From contig OZ037767.1 of the NCBI GenBank assembly GCA_964035545.1, positions 14,245,801 through 14,309,800 of the forward strand: 64,000 bases of DNA. The letters run 5' to 3'. Below, one piece after another: positions 1 to 17,629 of the stretch. Position 1 is the stretch's first letter, and every line of letters starts with the position of its first letter. The notes beneath the pieces are model-generated. The model was not told where the DNA came from. It was given only the letters and a program-made list of their open reading frames with translations, and ran no database searches. This DNA is from Bugula neritina (lineage: Eukaryota; Animalia; Bryozoa). Made by a program: the position numbers and the translations under genes.

Positions 1-155
1 GAAATAATAAATGCTGAACTCTACTGCAGCTTTTTGCAAGTATTTCGTTTATTTTCTGTATTATTCTTTTGCGATAAATGTGTTACTTTAAATTCAGAGA
101 GAATGTTGCTGAGCTTTCTATTGAGATTATGAATATTGAATTTTCTTGGTCATAG

Positions 156-5071
<4,916 letters not shown>

Positions 5072-5297
5072 AAGGGTCGTCACATTAGGAACAGTTCTTG
5101 TATAGCTGTCACTTTTGAATTTTGACATGTGATAGCTTTTAGGAGTTGTATCTCTAAAAAAATATTTTTACATTTTGTAGAATAAGTTTGTATTTTTAGT
5201 TTGTAATTATTGTATATATTGTAAAAAATCGGTTAGAGCTTCAATATGGGAGTTTATTCTGTAAATAGTTAGTTTTAGGGTATTAAATTAGGGATGT

Positions 5298-5416
5298 TAT
5301 TATATATATATATTTATATATATATATATAATATAATATATATATAATATATATAATATATATTTTATTTTCTCAATATACATATATATATATATATATA
5401 TTTATTTATATATATA
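5298..5416. repeat. (TA)n-rich microsatellite between the convergent TASP1 and deaminase 3' ends
   Basis: Seen directly. Confidence 0.9.
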
Positions 5417-5896
5417 AAGCCGGATATCACTTTATTTCTGGTTATTCTATTATATATACCATAAAGAATTATTTATACTTGTGTGTTACAAACAGTCTTG
5501 CAACAAAATCATACAAAGTGCTACTATGTGTTGATAAACTGCATATAAATACTAATTCATGCACACATTTTACAATAAATCAGTTCTACAATTTACACCT
5601 TGTTTAATAGTTTGCGGAAGTTTCAAAACCTGGACGTGTATATTACATAAATTTGCAAAAATAAATCTTTGTTGTTCTTTGATGATGTTTTCACAAAAAA
5701 CGGCTGATCATGCAGATATGTAAACATCTGAAAATTTGATTTCAATAAATTAAATAACAACAGTTCTAGAAATCTTAGTAAATTATAAAATTTTCCACAT
5801 AACTATTTTATGTTAAATTAAACTTAGAGTTATTTTATAGTCACTCATAAATTCCCATTTTTGCATCCTTTGCTGGCTATTCTTCTGCATCATTAT

Positions 5897-7872
5897 TTAT
5901 TCCCTGTATATTTCATCCAGTGTTTGTCGTGTTGCCTCATCTCTCTCCTCCATATCTGGTGTTCGCCCATTGTAGTCAGTAACACCCAAATACCTTGCCA
6001 GGTCTCTGTAGTCATCCTCTGTGAAAGCTTCCACGGTGCAGAATATTGGAAATTCTGTCAAACTCTGTAAATCTTTTTTATTTTCATGGTAAGGCTTAAC
6101 TGCCTTAATAATCAACTCGAAGCTGTAGTCTTCAGCAAACTTTTTCAAAGCTCTAACACAATTTTTTTCTTGAGCACCACACGGTGCAAAGGTAAGATAT
6201 ATGTTTAAGTTCACCAGGCTGACACCTTTTTTATATCTGTCCTCATAATAAGCCGCTTCATAAGCCTCCACAAATTTCTGCTCTGCATGTGACTCCTCAT
6301 CACTTTTAAACAACCTACTTTGATCTTCGTCATCAGAGTTGTAAACAAATAGATATCTTGGATATGGCGGAGTAATCTCCCCTTTATAGATTTTCCAAGC
6401 ACTCCCTACAAGATACGTTAAGAATATAATGAACAACGAATTAACAATAAATATATTATTTACTACCTATAGCAGGAAATTTTTTTTTGAGATCATAGTA
6501 ACTTTAATATCTACATTGGATAGTATTTTATTTAGTTATAGCTACTCACTATACTGTACTTTTCTCAGCTTTCCTTCTGTTTTTTTATCTCCCTTTACTA
6601 TAGTAGCTTTTGGAATTAATGGAAAGCGCAAGCATCTTGCGAGGTTGAGGTAGTCTTGCTTTCTGAAAGATCTGACAGTGCAGTATCCAGATGCCATCAA
6701 ATCACACAATTCTTCTTCATTCACCAATTCATGTCGCTCTTCTTCCATTTCACTGCAAGCCCCAACTACTATATTCAACTGAAAACTGTATTCTTCTGCA
6801 AAAGCTTTCAGCAGACCAGCACAATTTATTGGATGGGTAAGATACACGTCCAACTTTACTTGTTTGCCCCCTGCTTTATATCTTTCCTTATTATCCTCTT
6901 TAAAATTCTCCATAAATTTCTGCTCTGCATGTGAATTCCCACCACTTGTAAAAAGCCTACCTCCACCCTCAGCACCACGACGGTGTACAAATAAGTATGT
7001 TCGAAATGACGGAATATAGTTATCTGTAAAGACCTTCCAAGCACTCTCTACAAGAAATATCGATCCAAACTTGTGTAAAATTAATTTAGATCAATATAAC
7101 ATTTGCTATGGTAGGTTGGCAATTATTTTAAACTAGTCACTTTAATATCTGCGTTGCATATTTATACAGCCATACTCACCATACAGTATTTTTTCGAGAT
7201 GGAGTCGTGTCTCCTCATCTCTATCCTTCATATCCTGTGTGTACTCCCAATCTTCTTCAATACCCAAATACTGTGTTAGGTCTATGTAGTCCTGCTCTGT
7301 GAAAGCTTCCACAGTGCAGTATCGAGATGTCATCAAGTAACACAATTCTTCTATATTTTGATAGTAAGGTGCAGCTGCTTTAATATTCAACTCAAAGTTG
7401 TAGTCTTTAGCAAATGCTCTCAACTTCGTAGCACAACTCTTTCCTCGAGCACCACACGGAGCATAGGTAAGATACATATCCAACTTTACTCGTTCACTTA
7501 ATGCATTCTGATATCTATTGGCATACTCGTTTCCATAAGCATTCATGAAGTTCTCCTCTGCATGTAACCCCGTAGCATTTTGAAATAACCTGTTTTGATT
7601 CTCGGCATCAGGGCGGTGTACAAGTAAGAAGGTCCTAGCCCGATAATAGTTGTTATAGCCCATGTTTTTATAATCAGACCTGACATTATCTAAAAATTAT
7701 TTAGACAAGTGTAAAATGAAATAATTAATATTCTTAAGAAATTCTTAGCAAAGTTGAAAATTAGTCACTTCAATATCTACATAATAATATTTGTATGTAG
7801 TCATATATATATATACTCACCAAGCACTCTACTATCTGTTAATGGTAAAGGAATTTCTGGTTGATTCTGCAT
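5897..7872 (-). CDS. Three-domain AID/APOBEC-like cytidine deaminase, copy A (522 aa); exons 7872-7821, 7689-7180, 7047-6550, 6405-5897
   Basis: Leader MQNQPEIPLPLTDSRVL, then D1 (RTFLLVH...HAEE...LTYAPCGARGKSC...LNIKAAAPYY...CTVEAFTEQDY), D2 (HAEQ...THPINC) and D3 (HAEQ...TFAPCGAQEKNC). All donors are GTGAGT. Exon lengths 52+510+498+509=1569 nt, in frame. Motif order parallels AID/APOBEC (TYLCY, HxE, PCxxC, LRIFxARLY, IMTFKDY). Confidence 0.88.
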
Positions 7873-7874
7873 AT

Positions 7875-8230
7875 TCTTCTAATCTGTTGAAGTTTATTGC
7901 AACCAACTATTCTTGTGTCCAGTTGTTATATAACACAACATACGCTGTTGTTGAGAATCACATGTCATGTTTTTCAGGTTTATTAACCAATCAATTTGTC
8001 TAAAAAGTTAGCAGCCATTGTAATGTTGTTATTCACTATTGGACAAGTAAACCTAAACTATTATAGGAGTAAGGTATAGGGTAATTGTTTAATCATAATA
8101 TTTATTGTGTGAAGTTGTCTGTGTACTCTCATCTGATTGGTCAGATTATTGAGTATATATAGCCTGAGTACCTACTTTATGGAATGATAATTGACAAAGT
8201 ACAAACTAAACTATACCCAAGAACTAAGTA
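7875..8230 (-). promoter_or_regulatory. Conserved upstream block of the deaminase genes (putative promoter) with CCAAT motifs
   Basis: Aligns by eye with 31015-31390 and 63042-63410, even though the copy B coding sequence is strongly diverged. aaccaatca, cactattgg and ctgattggtca are kept in all three copies. Confidence 0.5.
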
Positions 8231-9519
8231 TATTTTATATATCTAATCTAATATCTCGCGCAATAAATACTCAGCTACAGGATTTTATGCAGCAATATAC
8301 TACCACATGCTTCATTATATTTCATATGGCAACACTATCAGTGCAGTAAACCCGGAAAGGGTCAGCATTTTGTACTATTGCATGTATTATAGTTATTGTA
8401 TGCAGTAACACTTATAATATGATATACGTATAATAGGAAGATATTAGAGCAACCTACAAGCAATGGGGATACCCATCAAATAATTCATAAGCTAAACACT
8501 TACTAAGATAGAGTGTTGTGTGAAATATTAATAATTATATTATATGCCATCACATATGTTACTACATATAATTTTAGTCCAGTATAATAAAGCGGAAGTA
8601 GACTATAAAATATCTTTGAGTAACAAATTGTATTTAGTGCCAACTTTTCTATTAAATACAGACAATAATATGCTTAAATAATCAACTTCTTAACTTGCCC
8701 AGGATTTTGCTGTTAAAATGAAAGTTATAAACTATAGTGTATATAAAAAGTCCAACTGAGTTAGATTGAGTAGTATCATTAGTTGATCTTAGTAGGAATT
8801 TTGACATAGATTGTAATACAAAGTTAACAAAATATACAGTAAATTTTTTCCTTTTGCCAATCAGAGAGGTAAACATCTGTACAATAATTATATATAATCT
8901 AACACACATTTGGTATGACTCTACAACTAGCATGGCTACAGGTAAAGTAGATAAAGGAATGCAGCTGCATGCAGAAAAATATAGGTCAAGTAAAACAGGT
9001 TAAAATTCCCAGAACTCAGTTTTATAAATGGACCAGATCTACATGAACTCAATTAATTGTTTAGTTCATGTCCATCTTGATTCAATTTTATAAATGGACC
9101 AGCTCTACATGTAATCAATTACTTTTTTAGTTCAGGTTCATCTTGATTCAATTTATTAAGTGGTCTAGCTCTATATGGGCTGAATATGTCCAGCACTGCA
9201 AGACAGCTGCAGATGTTTTAGTTTAAGATGTAGGAAATTTTTCTTTAGTTAACAAACTATGTAGAAGTTACTATATATATACCTCATTACTAATCATACA
9301 GTCTTTATAAAATGTATGTCCTGCTGTTATGATATATACTCTGTATGTATAATAAATATAAAAAGACAGAATACATGTGGACATTCAATAGAATACAATA
9401 TGTTGAGCCCTAAATATAACACTGCAGGAGAGTTAGATAATTTATTATATGTGGTATATAATATATAATATAATACAATATAATATAGTAAAATGTTTGT
9501 TGTATACATTTAGTGCCTG

Positions 9520-10085
9520 GCACAGTTTAGCATTGTTTATTTAGCTATTAGAACTTTTATGCAATCAATTTACTATTTTGATGGTGCATTGATTTCAATT
9601 GTTCTCCTATACATTTCTATATAAACAGAGTGAATGTAAAATAATAGTAAAATGTTGCAGACTTGCATACATTACGTGCTTGACAGAGTTTAGCGTCGTT
9701 TATTTAGCTCAGAACTTTCATACAATCAATTTTTCTGTTGCAGGTTTATTGATTTCTATTGATCTCCAATACATTTCTATTTTGTAAAACAATAGTAAGA
9801 TAATTGTAGAGTTTTACACATATTGCCTCTGACAGCATTTAGCGTTGTTTTTTAGCTTGAAACTTTCATGCAATCAATGTACTCTTTTTCTGTATATTGA
9901 TTTAGATTGATATCCAATACATTCACATGAAAGGGAGTTAGCAAGATATGTAATTGTATAGTTTTACACATATTGTATACTTGACAGCAACTAATTAGCG
10001 CTGTTTATTTAGTTTAGAGCTTTCATGCAATCAATATACTTACTCTATGGCTGCATATTTATTATAGTTAATCTCCAATACAGAG
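9520..10085. repeat. Degenerate ~155-bp tandem repeat (ttagcRttgtttatttagcttagaactttcatgcaatcaa core)
   Basis: About 4 units here; more at ~32770-33000, 33940-34320, 39020-39250, 41710-41950 and 42900-43440. Confidence 0.7.
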
Positions 10086-11325
10086 ATTAGCACTAAAGGT
10101 ACATGCAGTAGACATTAAAAGACTTTCTTCTCTACTAAGTTTACCAAGATAATATTTTATGAACTCAAGTCATTTAAATGCTGTACATATTCTACTTGAA
10201 GTATAACTGAGCCATAGTTAGCCAACTTGTGGTGATTTGCCATATGCAGAATATTCCGTGAATCGTTTTGATACAACGTATTTGTGGAGAATAAACAAGC
10301 CTTGTATTTGTATGTGAAAACAGTAGAAAGTTTATATCTAAAAGTTATGATTCCACACAAAGCATATTAAATTTACTATCATGTGCATAGCTTATTATCA
10401 ATTATTATTAATACCTTGAGTGATATATTTATTGCTATTTTAGTATTTATCTGTAGTATACATAATAAAAATAACATATAATGGTAATATGATATACTAA
10501 TAACTAACTGGTCGCCATGGAAACTATTTGGATGGCTTTCATCCTTGCTCTGCTGTATTCAGCAACCAAACCCACAGTACAGCTATGGCTGAGCAACATG
10601 CTCAAACTAGTACAACTAGTATGCTCTCCTCATAATATTAAATTTTAAAGTGTATCTGTAAAACAATATTTGTGAAAAAAATTCTAAAGCAAGAATTTAA
10701 AATCTGCAAACAACATTCATCTTTTATTTTTATTTATAGGAATTTTATCTAAAGTTCTGTCTAGTAATTATCAAGTTAATGTTAATGTGTCAAGAGTGCC
10801 ATGCACCATGAAACATGTTCACAGTATTCCACTATCTGCATACTATAACCCTTGCTGAGTGATATCTAATTATTCTCTATGCACTAGTGAAGTACTTGGC
10901 CTACATTATTATAGTAGAGAGTTTAAAGGTTGATATATAATAAGACTGTTTATTGCTTGTCAGATATCACACAATAAGAACACTGTCATACCAACAATAA
11001 TATGATTATCTTGTCTTATAATAAATAGACTAATCTGATGTGTAATTCTAGTAAAATTCTTGAAGAAAAAGTACCATCATAAACACAACAGTCTACAAAA
11101 ATATTTAATTCTGAAAGTATCAGAAATGGTAGGAATGTGTTATAGGGACATTATATAATAATGTAAAGAGATTTAGCACAGGAAATTAAAAGTGCTGAAT
11201 GAAGTAGGAATGCTAAGTTGACCTAGATATATAGACAATGTATACATTATGCTAGCTCAAACACATAGTATATGCGGTTACTTTGACCTATATAGAATGG
11301 GTATTTGGGTCACATTGACCTAGAT

Positions 11326-13013
11326 TCAATAGTCTGTGGGTGGACTGAGAAGAGTTCGTACAACTTCTGCATATCTGATCTGACTTCCTGTTTGACCAGA
11401 TCCCCTGAGAACTGCTTCCACTGAAATAAATAAGTTAAATTGACTCGTGGAAAGATTGATCTACTACGAACTATATAGAGGGGGAAGGGCGGAGGTGGTG
11501 TTTAACATCCTTATATTGTGTAGAATGCAAAAATAAATGAGATGAAAGCCTCTTAAATTGGTTTATAAAATATGTTATGCTAAAAAATTATATTGGCAAT
11601 ATTTTCTCTATATATTATCCAGAAAGAATGTTGACTGAAAAATATTTGTACATTGAATTATTTTATTCAGTGTTATTTATATTTAGCATTGACAAAACGT
11701 GTGCAACTACATAAATTATGAGGCATGGAGTTTAAATATACTTATGGGAGTACACACAAGTGAAGAAACCATAAATATAACCTGGGAAACAATAAATAGC
11801 TTCACTTTTGAATATCAGTTACTTAAATATATTGCTTTTTCTAAAAAGTTCATTACTTGAGTCTAGCTTAAAGCTGGGCATAAATTTTAGCCTTTCGTAT
11901 GTAAATAAAATAACTAAAAGCTTAATAAAATAACTATTGAAACAAACAGAATTTCAAATCAGATTCGAAAGATTTTCAAAGTATAAAATGCATGCTAGCT
12001 AGGGCATGACAGCTGTAATGATGTAAAGCAGTGTTTGGAGTTGTCTTCCATTAGCAAAAAGAGAATGGGCTGACAACTTCTTTGCTATGAGTAACACTCA
12101 CCCATTCTAGTGTTGACCTTTTCACCCGAGTTACACATAATAGCCTTGAAGTCAGCTGCCGATATTAAACCATTTTTCTTTCTATCCTGAGCAGCAATGC
12201 CGGCCATGATTTCGCTCTCCCAGTCCTCGGCCCGGGAATGATCACAGAGGAACTGATCGAATGAAATCCCATTGGCTGCACAACACGAGTCAACAGTTAT
12301 AAATATCAATCAATTCACATGAGAAAATAGTAATATGTTAGCAAGTTGTCTTCTCTCTTAGAATTTCACGGCTGAGTGCTTCCAGTCCCTTCACTAATGT
12401 GTTATGAAATTCCAAACCAATATTTAAATAAAACATTCTTTTCTTATTCTCATCTTTCAACTTGTTACAACAAGTCATGCATTGTACTTTTGATTAAATG
12501 TTTAAAATAAACTATATTATTTACACCACTTCAAGTGATATAGAGCAGGTGAATAGAATGAATGGTCAATATAAGAGAGTTCAGGCTATAGCAAAGTATT
12601 TAAGCTATTTAAAATCTATGAGGAACTCAAATTCTTTAGCAATTCAGATTATCATAGAAATGGAACTTAGTTTTCCCAAATTGACTGTTTTCAGAAATTT
12701 CAACTACAAAATTGAGTAAATTATTAGAATACACAATACATGAACCGTATTTAAATGAAGAGTAAAAACATATAAACTATTCCGATAATTGAGAAAAAAT
12801 ATTGAAGAGAATTTATTAAGAAAAAGAGTAAGCAGACACCTACTTGCAAAGAAAAGATAACTTCTAATTATTCACTTGATTTATATTTGTACTAGTATTT
12901 AACAGATTCTTCTATAGTAGGACTGAATCCTAGAGACCTCATTGTGAATCTCAATGACTTCTCATTCACAATGTAGTGACTCACATTGTTCATTTCAAAG
13001 CACTCCTTGAACT
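11326..13013 (-). pseudogene. CALML4: CALML4-like EF-hand gene copy A, disrupted; exons 13013-12876, 12275-12102, 11420-11326
   Basis: EFKECF...TMRSLGFSPT, FDQFL...HSRAEDWESEIMAGIAAQDRKKNGLISAADFKAIMCNSGEK and QIRYAEVVRTLLSPPTDY* match the CALML4 pattern. In-frame TAG at 12894-12892 (TGG in copy B). First exon not found. Confidence 0.75.
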
Positions 13014-14215
13014 CTGAACTATACAAAATATGGGTCATTCCACGCCAACTCAACAAGGCCAAAACCGACCTATCTCAGATTTTTTTGAAATTTTAGTATG
13101 GTATTCCAGAACATGTCAAATAAAAAAATATGAAATATTAGCCCTTAATTCCTAATAGTTTTGTAGTTATGGCACTTTATGTGAGCAAAGGTTGGTAAAA
13201 AATCGGTACTTTTTTCATGGGTTTCGGTACCGAAGGTCAACTTCATGGGTTTATATCTCGGAGACGATTCAAGACAAACCTTTCATACTTTTATGGATGA
13301 TAGTTCTACATGATTTTATTCGAATTAAAAAATCAAATCTGCCATAAATGTTAGGAAAAATTTTCTGTTGCATTACGTTTTTAGGCCAAAAATATAGCAA
13401 TTTCTCAAAATTTTCAATTTTCAGGCACTTAAAACTCACCTTTTACAAATAGCTATGATCTTGATATTTTCAGCACCTAACAACTATATTATATATATCA
13501 CATTAAAAAAGTTTCAGCCTTTTGCTGGCATAAGTTTCATCACAATTTCGTGTTGAAATCCTAAATTTTTTAAATTATGCGCTATTTCATGAGGAGAAAA
13601 CTCAATGTGGGTATAAATGAATTTTTTTAAAAATGGTTTCACTTTAAAGACGGTGGTATATATTATGCTATATTAAAAACTGAACGTTTGTATATTGTTC
13701 CTTCATGGAAAAATTTTGGATTAAATTGACGCATTTTTTTCAATTTTCGCTTATATTTAAACTACAATTTATACAGTTACTGAAACGTGCAAAAAGTCAT
13801 AAAAAATACCAAAATTGTTTACATATTATCTGCAATCATTTTCATAACATTTAAATTTAATTTGGGTATCATCAATCGTTATACTTCATAAGATTGATTG
13901 AACTGGGTTCATTTTAAAAAAAACCGATAAACTGTTAGAATTTAAAAGCACAATAGATTTAAATCTAGTTAATAGAAAAAGAACATTATTACAATTGTCA
14001 CTTGTGGGTTTATATGTATAAAAAAATTTATTTCTCAAAGAATCAATGAATGCATATTGTTTTCTCCTGAGTAAATATTTGACTAAATTAATGTATTTTA
14101 TGATAGGTTCCATGCTTTCAGTATAATTCTCATTATTCTCTGCCCTTCCATTTGCACCCCCCTCACTTGCTCCCCATGCACCACTCCTCATGCATGTATA
14201 TACATACATATACAC

Positions 14216-14601
14216 ATGTCTATAGACCTAAATATGTAAATAGCAATATTTATGTAAGATTTTCTGGTTTATCAGGAAATTGAGGATTTTTTTGTCTAAT
14301 TTACTTTATACATAGTTGAAGAAACAATTGCTAAAGCCCGCATTTCTCTTTCACTCTACTCTTCACTCACTCACCCACACCCTCAGCCACCCATCATCTC
14401 TTACCTTCTCCCTGTAAAAAGCCACACGCACGCACGCAGGCATGCACGCACACTGCAAGAAACCTGCTCTCTCAGTTTAGCTGGCTTGCTAATAATAAAA
14501 TACATTTTGTCAGTATGCTTTGTGAAGGTATCTCTACTTGATAAATTTACAGGTTGGAGCGGGGTGGTGATTGTTTGGTAAAGGAATAGGCCTATATATA
14601 T

Positions 14602-14654
<53 letters not shown>

Positions 14655-14661
14655 CACACAG

Positions 14662-14711
<50 letters not shown>

Positions 14712-15097
14712 ATATATATAGGCCTATTCCTTTACCAAACAATCACCACCCCGCTCCAACCTGTAAATTTATCAAGTAGAGATACCTTCACAAAGCATAC
14801 TGACAAAATGTATTTTATTATTAGCAAGCCAGCTAAACTGAGAGAGCAGGTTTCTTGCAGTGTGCGTGCATGCCTGCGTGCGTGCGTGTGGCTTTTTACA
14901 GGGAGAAGGTAAGAGATGATGGGTGGCTGAGGGTGTGGGTGAGTGAGTGAAGAGTAGAGTGAAAGAGAAATGCGGGCTTTAGCAATTGTTTCTTCAACTA
15001 TGTATAAAGTAAATTAGACAAAAAAATCCTCAATTTCCTGATAAACCAGAAAATCTTACATAAATATTGCTATTTACATATTTAGGTCTATAGACAT
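14216..15097. repeat. ~880-bp near-perfect palindrome centred on a (TA)n tract
   Basis: 14216-14595 reads as the reverse complement of ~14718-15097. Confidence 0.9.
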
Positions 15098-15199
15098 AGA
15101 ATGCTATAGCCTGAATTTTTTTGGTTTCGAAGGACTATTTGTTATAATGCGGTGCAGTGGTTTCTCTGGTAAAATTCCTAACCTGCCATAAATCCCTTT

Positions 15200-16090
15200 G
15201 TGGCATATCCTGTCGAAGATTGGGAGATTAAACCTAATTACTGCATGTGTATAATAAGTGACTGTTTGCAACATGACACATGTTCCTATCAGCATGTTTT
15301 AGAAAACAGTCGTGAATCTTGTGAAGAAAATGTCTCCCACTTGAAGAAAATTTATTATTTCTCTGACGGAGCAGCTAGCTGCCCAATATAAGAATTTAAA
15401 AAAAATTGCAAATTTCGTGTCTCGTGAAGATGATTTTAGATTTCATGCTTAGTGGAACTCTTTTTCAACCAGTCATGACATAAATGCCTGTGATGGTGTA
15501 GGTGGACCGATTAAAAGAAAAGCTGCTAAAGCAGATTTGCAAGCAGTAACTCCCAGACATTTGTTAAATCCCCAAGACTTGTTTTAGTGGGACTCATCCC
15601 ACATATAGAAAATATGACTTTTTTTCTCTATCACTAATCATTCCCGTCTCAAAATATGCTCGCTTCTCACTTGCAAAGACCGTGCCCGGTACCTGTGAAT
15701 ATCATTGTTTTACCCTTACAGTTAGCAAAGAACTGACTGCCAAGAAAATGTCAGCAAATGATACAACAATACAAACTGCTGTTTTCATCTAAGGTGAACT
15801 TTATGTAAACATGGTAAAATTTGTTGCCCAAGAGTAGAACATTTTAACAGATGCACATATGATGAGAACTGGTGAGTAGGTTGTGTCCTAACCAAATTTT
15901 GGGAAGAAAGTGATCTACTCATTAAATTTATGCACTTCTATGGACATACCCACTCATTTCACTGGCCTTCCCTGAAGGATAAAGGCTGGGCACCAAAACA
16001 ATGTGTAATCTGTTATGTTAAGACACCGATTACATTCAATGGAAAGAAGCACTACCTACAGGCATATGATGCAACTGATGCAACCTTCCT
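15200..16090 (+). pseudogene. Transposase remnant (Sola2-type)
   Basis: Frameshifted fragments CIISDCLQHD...IYYFSDGAAS...YKN...W.SFSTSHDINACDGVGGPIKR...YDENW*VG...IKFMH...SFHWPS, with stop codons. Confidence 0.7.
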
Positions 16091-17149
16091 CTCATGGATA
16101 TTATTCAGGCTTTATGTAAAAATTTTGTGCAAACTTTCATAAATATGCCATTCAATTATAAATGATAATTATAAAATTTTTCTTTTCTCATTTATTAGAT
16201 TTAAATCCATTGTGCTTTTAAATTCTAACAGTTTATCGGTTTTAACTAAAATGAACCCAGTTTAATCAATTTTATGAAGCATAAAGATTACTGATATCCA
16301 AATAAAATTCAAATGTTATGAAAATGATTGCAGATAATATGTAAACAATTTTGGTATTTTTTATGACTTTTTGCATGTTTAGTAACTGTATAGAGTGTAG
16401 TTTTAAATATAAGCGAAAATCGAAAAAAATGCGTCAATTTAATCCAAAATCTTTTCATGAAGGAACAATATACAAACGTTCAGTTTTTAATTTAACATAA
16501 TATATACCAACATCTTTAAAATGAAACCATTTTTAAAAAAATTCATTTATACCCACATTGAGTTTTCTCCTCATGAAATAGCGCATAATTTCCAAATCTT
16601 TAGATTTCAACACGAAATTGTGATGAAACTTATGCCAGCAAAAGGCTGAAACTTTTTTAATGTAATATATATAATATAGTTGTTAGGTGCTGAAAATATC
16701 AAAATCATAGCTATTTGTAAAAGGTGAGTTTTAAGTGCCTGAAAATTGAAAATTTTGAAAAATCGCCAAATTTTTGGCCTAAAAACGTAATGCAACAGAA
16801 AATTTTTCTCAACATTTATGGCAGATTTGATGCTTTAATTCGAATAAAATCATGTAGAACTATCATCCATAAAAGTATGAAAGGTTTGTCTTGAATCGTC
16901 TCCGAGATATAAACCCATGAAGTTGACCTTCGGTACCGAAACCCATGAAAAAAGTACCGATTTTTTACCAACCTTTGCTCACAAAAAGTGCCATAACTAC
17001 AAAACTATTAGGAATTAAGGGCTAATATTTGATATTTTTTCAATTGACATATTTTGGAATACCATACTAAAATTTCAAAAAAATCTGAGACGGGTCAGTG
17101 AAAATCCTCAAAAACCTTGTTGAGTTGGCGTGGAATGACCCATATAACA

Positions 17150-17325
17150 ACGAGTAGACAACTACAATAAAATACAGGCAAGGGTAGACAACTACAATGA
17201 GTTGCAAGCAGTTATGAAGAGTAGACAATTACAATAAAGTGCAAGCAGCTATAAAGGGGAGACAACTACAATAAATTGCAGGCAGCTATAAAATGGTAGA
17301 CAACTACAATAAATTGCGGCAGATA
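17150..17325. repeat. ~37-bp degenerate tandem repeat (agacaactacaataaattgcaggcagctataa); paralog at 46208-46375
   Basis: About 5 units seen directly. Confidence 0.75.
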
Positions 17326-17629
17326 TCTAGTATAAACATGAATACTAAACTAATGAACTTTAATAAATCACTGATCCAAACTGCAAAGCAATATTTTTCT
17401 AAATTTGGGTTATAGCCTGGAAATGTAATTGTGCTCGAGAGATTCAGAAAGAAAAATTCATCAGCTTTACTTTCAAATCTAGAATGCATTTCCATAATAA
17501 CTGAAAAAGCAATTTAATGCACTTCGGAATAAAGCACGAGTATTAGAATTATTATAATTAATAATATATCATTATCCTATAATATAATTTATAAAGTTGT
17601 GAGTGGGCGTGTCTTTACAAACAAGCCTT

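Larger units (their letters stand above)
13032..17141. mobile_element. Decayed Sola2-like DNA transposon with ~950-bp terminal inverted repeats
   Basis: Termini GGGTCATTCCACGCCAACTCAACAAGG...CCTTGTTGAGTTGGCGTGGAATGACCC; 4-bp TSD ATAT; inverted arms ~13032-13980 and ~16190-17141; absent at the paralogous site near 46195. GRG termini, long TIRs and a 4-bp TSD are Sola2 traits. Confidence 0.8.

Noticed and set aside
5861-6934. Plus-strand ORFs overlapping deaminase exons (also 29276, 30331, 61796)
   Set aside because: They are short antisense shadows with no motifs and are not conserved between copies.
5897-7663. Three separate single-domain deaminase genes, as the ORF track implies
   Set aside because: Domain homology starts right after AG acceptors and ends at GTGAGT donors in matching phase. 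The ORF-track starts and tails are intronic or internal.
7731-7740. STAT-like TTCTTAAGAA palindrome in deaminase intron 1
   Set aside because: It is a short motif in AT-rich DNA and is absent from copy B, so it cannot be told apart from chance.
9520-10085. CRISPR-like repeat-spacer pattern
   Set aside because: Eukaryotic context, degenerate repeats, mutually homologous spacers and no cas genes; it is a minisatellite.
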